Source of the DNA: Octopus sinensis
Lineage: Eukaryota
Reading direction: 5' to 3'
NCBI RefSeq assembly: GCF_006345805.1
Contig: NC_043010.1
Coordinates: 34,038,001 to 34,102,000 of the forward strand
DNA length: 64,000 nt
The notes below the pieces were generated by a model, which saw only the letters and a program-made list of their open reading frames with translations, ran no database searches and was not told where the DNA came from. Made by a program: the position numbers and the translations under genes. Of this stretch, positions 62,550 to 64,000 are shown piece by piece (the first letter of the stretch is position 1; each line of letters begins with the position of its first letter).

Positions 62550-62935
62550 TACCGTGACCACCAAAAGCATAAGGTCTGAAATTTTGGGGGAGGAGCTAGG
62601 TAATTATATTGACCCCCAATGCTCAAATGGGTCTTAACCTCAAAAGGATGAAAGGCAAAGTCAATCTCAGTAAAATTTAACTCCGAGTGTAAAGACAGAT
62701 AAAATGTTGCAAAGCAGTTTGCCCAGCATGCTAACAATTCTACTAACTCACTAATAATAATAATAATCCTTCCTACTAAAGGCACGAGACCAGAAATTTT
62801 GGGGAAAGGCACTAGTTGATTACATCGACTCCAGTGTTTCACTGGTACTTAAATTTATTGATTCCGAAAGGATGAAAGGCAAAGTTGACTTTGGCAAAAT
62901 TTGAACTCAGAACGCAGTGATGTGCGAAATACCGA
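62550..62935 (-). mobile_element. Two tandem SINE family B copies
   Basis: Same motifs as 52722-53326. Confidence 0.8.
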
Positions 62936-64000
62936 TAATAATACTAATTAGATATTTTATAAGTCTTAATAACCTTTGCTGTTTTTTGTATGCATTATAT
63001 ACTTCATTAATTATTATTTCTTGTTTTATTTAGATGCTAGAAATACATATAAAAAATTTCTTTGCAATTTTTAGTAATATAATACATTTATTTATTTTCT
63101 ACCTAACTTAGAAAATTACCCTCTACCTAACTAAATAAATTTAAAGTGCAAAAAATACTTATAATCCAAAAGTAAAGGACAAAAAATTTTTTAAAAAATG
63201 CCGCTATATCTTTAATTGATTTTGTGTAGTGTTACACATGGAAATATATTTTTTTCTTTTTCAAATTTATATTTGAGAAGTAAGTCTTAAAAATCAAGGC
63301 CAAGAGTTGTTAAGGTGCTGTTATTTTTTTTTAAAGAATTTCAATGCTTGTAAGTGTAATGTTTCTAAACTGTTGCAATATTTGTTCCTTGCATGAGTAT
63401 TTTGTAAGAAGTTTTTTTTTTAATTAAGGAGGGGGATGAATTTGAAACAAATATTGCTTTGACACTAATTAAATGCATGTATTTCTGATTGTGGAGTAGC
63501 AGAGTTGGTACAGTAATGGACCTAAATGCATTGTGGGATTTAATTATGCTTCCCTACATTATGAGGATAAGTCCCTCAGATCAATAAATTCACAGCACAC
63601 TACACAGTATTTTTGGATAACTTGAAATGTAAAGCATACAATTTTAACCTTGCTTTGAAAAGTAAACAAAAGTGGTCGTACTATAGGTTTTATCTCCCTG
63701 ACAGTAGAAAATGTGGGATTAATCTGAGTAGTTTCTTGACCTTTTAAAGCTTCATCAGGAAAAGAAAACCTACTATTTTATAACGGGGGTGGGGGGTTAA
63801 TTGCTCAATGCTATTTAAGGCGTATGCAAACTAGGACTTTATTATGAGTTTTTTAATGATAAATCTGTCCATTTTGGAACCAGAGTGCATCTGGTTCTTG
63901 TATGGGTTGTATATTTTTAGTGAGTGCTGCATTTGTGGTGTGTAGGTGAATTTGTTCTATGGCCTGGGTACTACAGTACTCGTTAATAACTGATGATTGT

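Noticed and set aside
63725-63762. Minus-strand CTGATGA...GAAAC hammerhead-like motif
   Set aside because: Stem II does not close next to GAAA, there is no GUH triplet and no stem I partner.

Overview
AT-rich, microsatellite- and SINE-dense animal genomic DNA. The repeat repertoire looks like an Octopus genome (inference from recognised repeat families). The window holds one protein-coding gene, a LIM-domain-binding protein gene (LDB1/LDB2/Chip family) on the minus strand. Six coding exons splice in frame with GT-AG introns: 41416-41541, 13130-13232, 10287-10459, 8747-8869, 6906-6986 and <1-79. They give 228 aa covering the dimerisation domain and the start of the LCCD; the gene runs off the left edge. 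Intron 1 is about 28 kb. The rest is repeats: several tRNA-derived SINE families, LINE (RTE) and Penelope remnants, a decayed Tc1/mariner transposase, and MITEs of hAT, piggyBac, Mutator/foldback and Helentron type. The top observations are three. (1) The LDB2-like N-terminal coding sequence doubles as a splice acceptor at the position and phase where, as I recall, vertebrate LDB1 splices on its different N-terminus. (2) There are two minimal hammerhead-ribozyme motifs, one structurally near-intact. (3) A roughly 10-kb CpG-retaining domain surrounds the first exon, and a perfect 53-bp palindrome lies upstream. There is no prokaryote-type system, CRISPR array or real tRNA/rRNA gene. Almost all other ORFs in the track are spurious.
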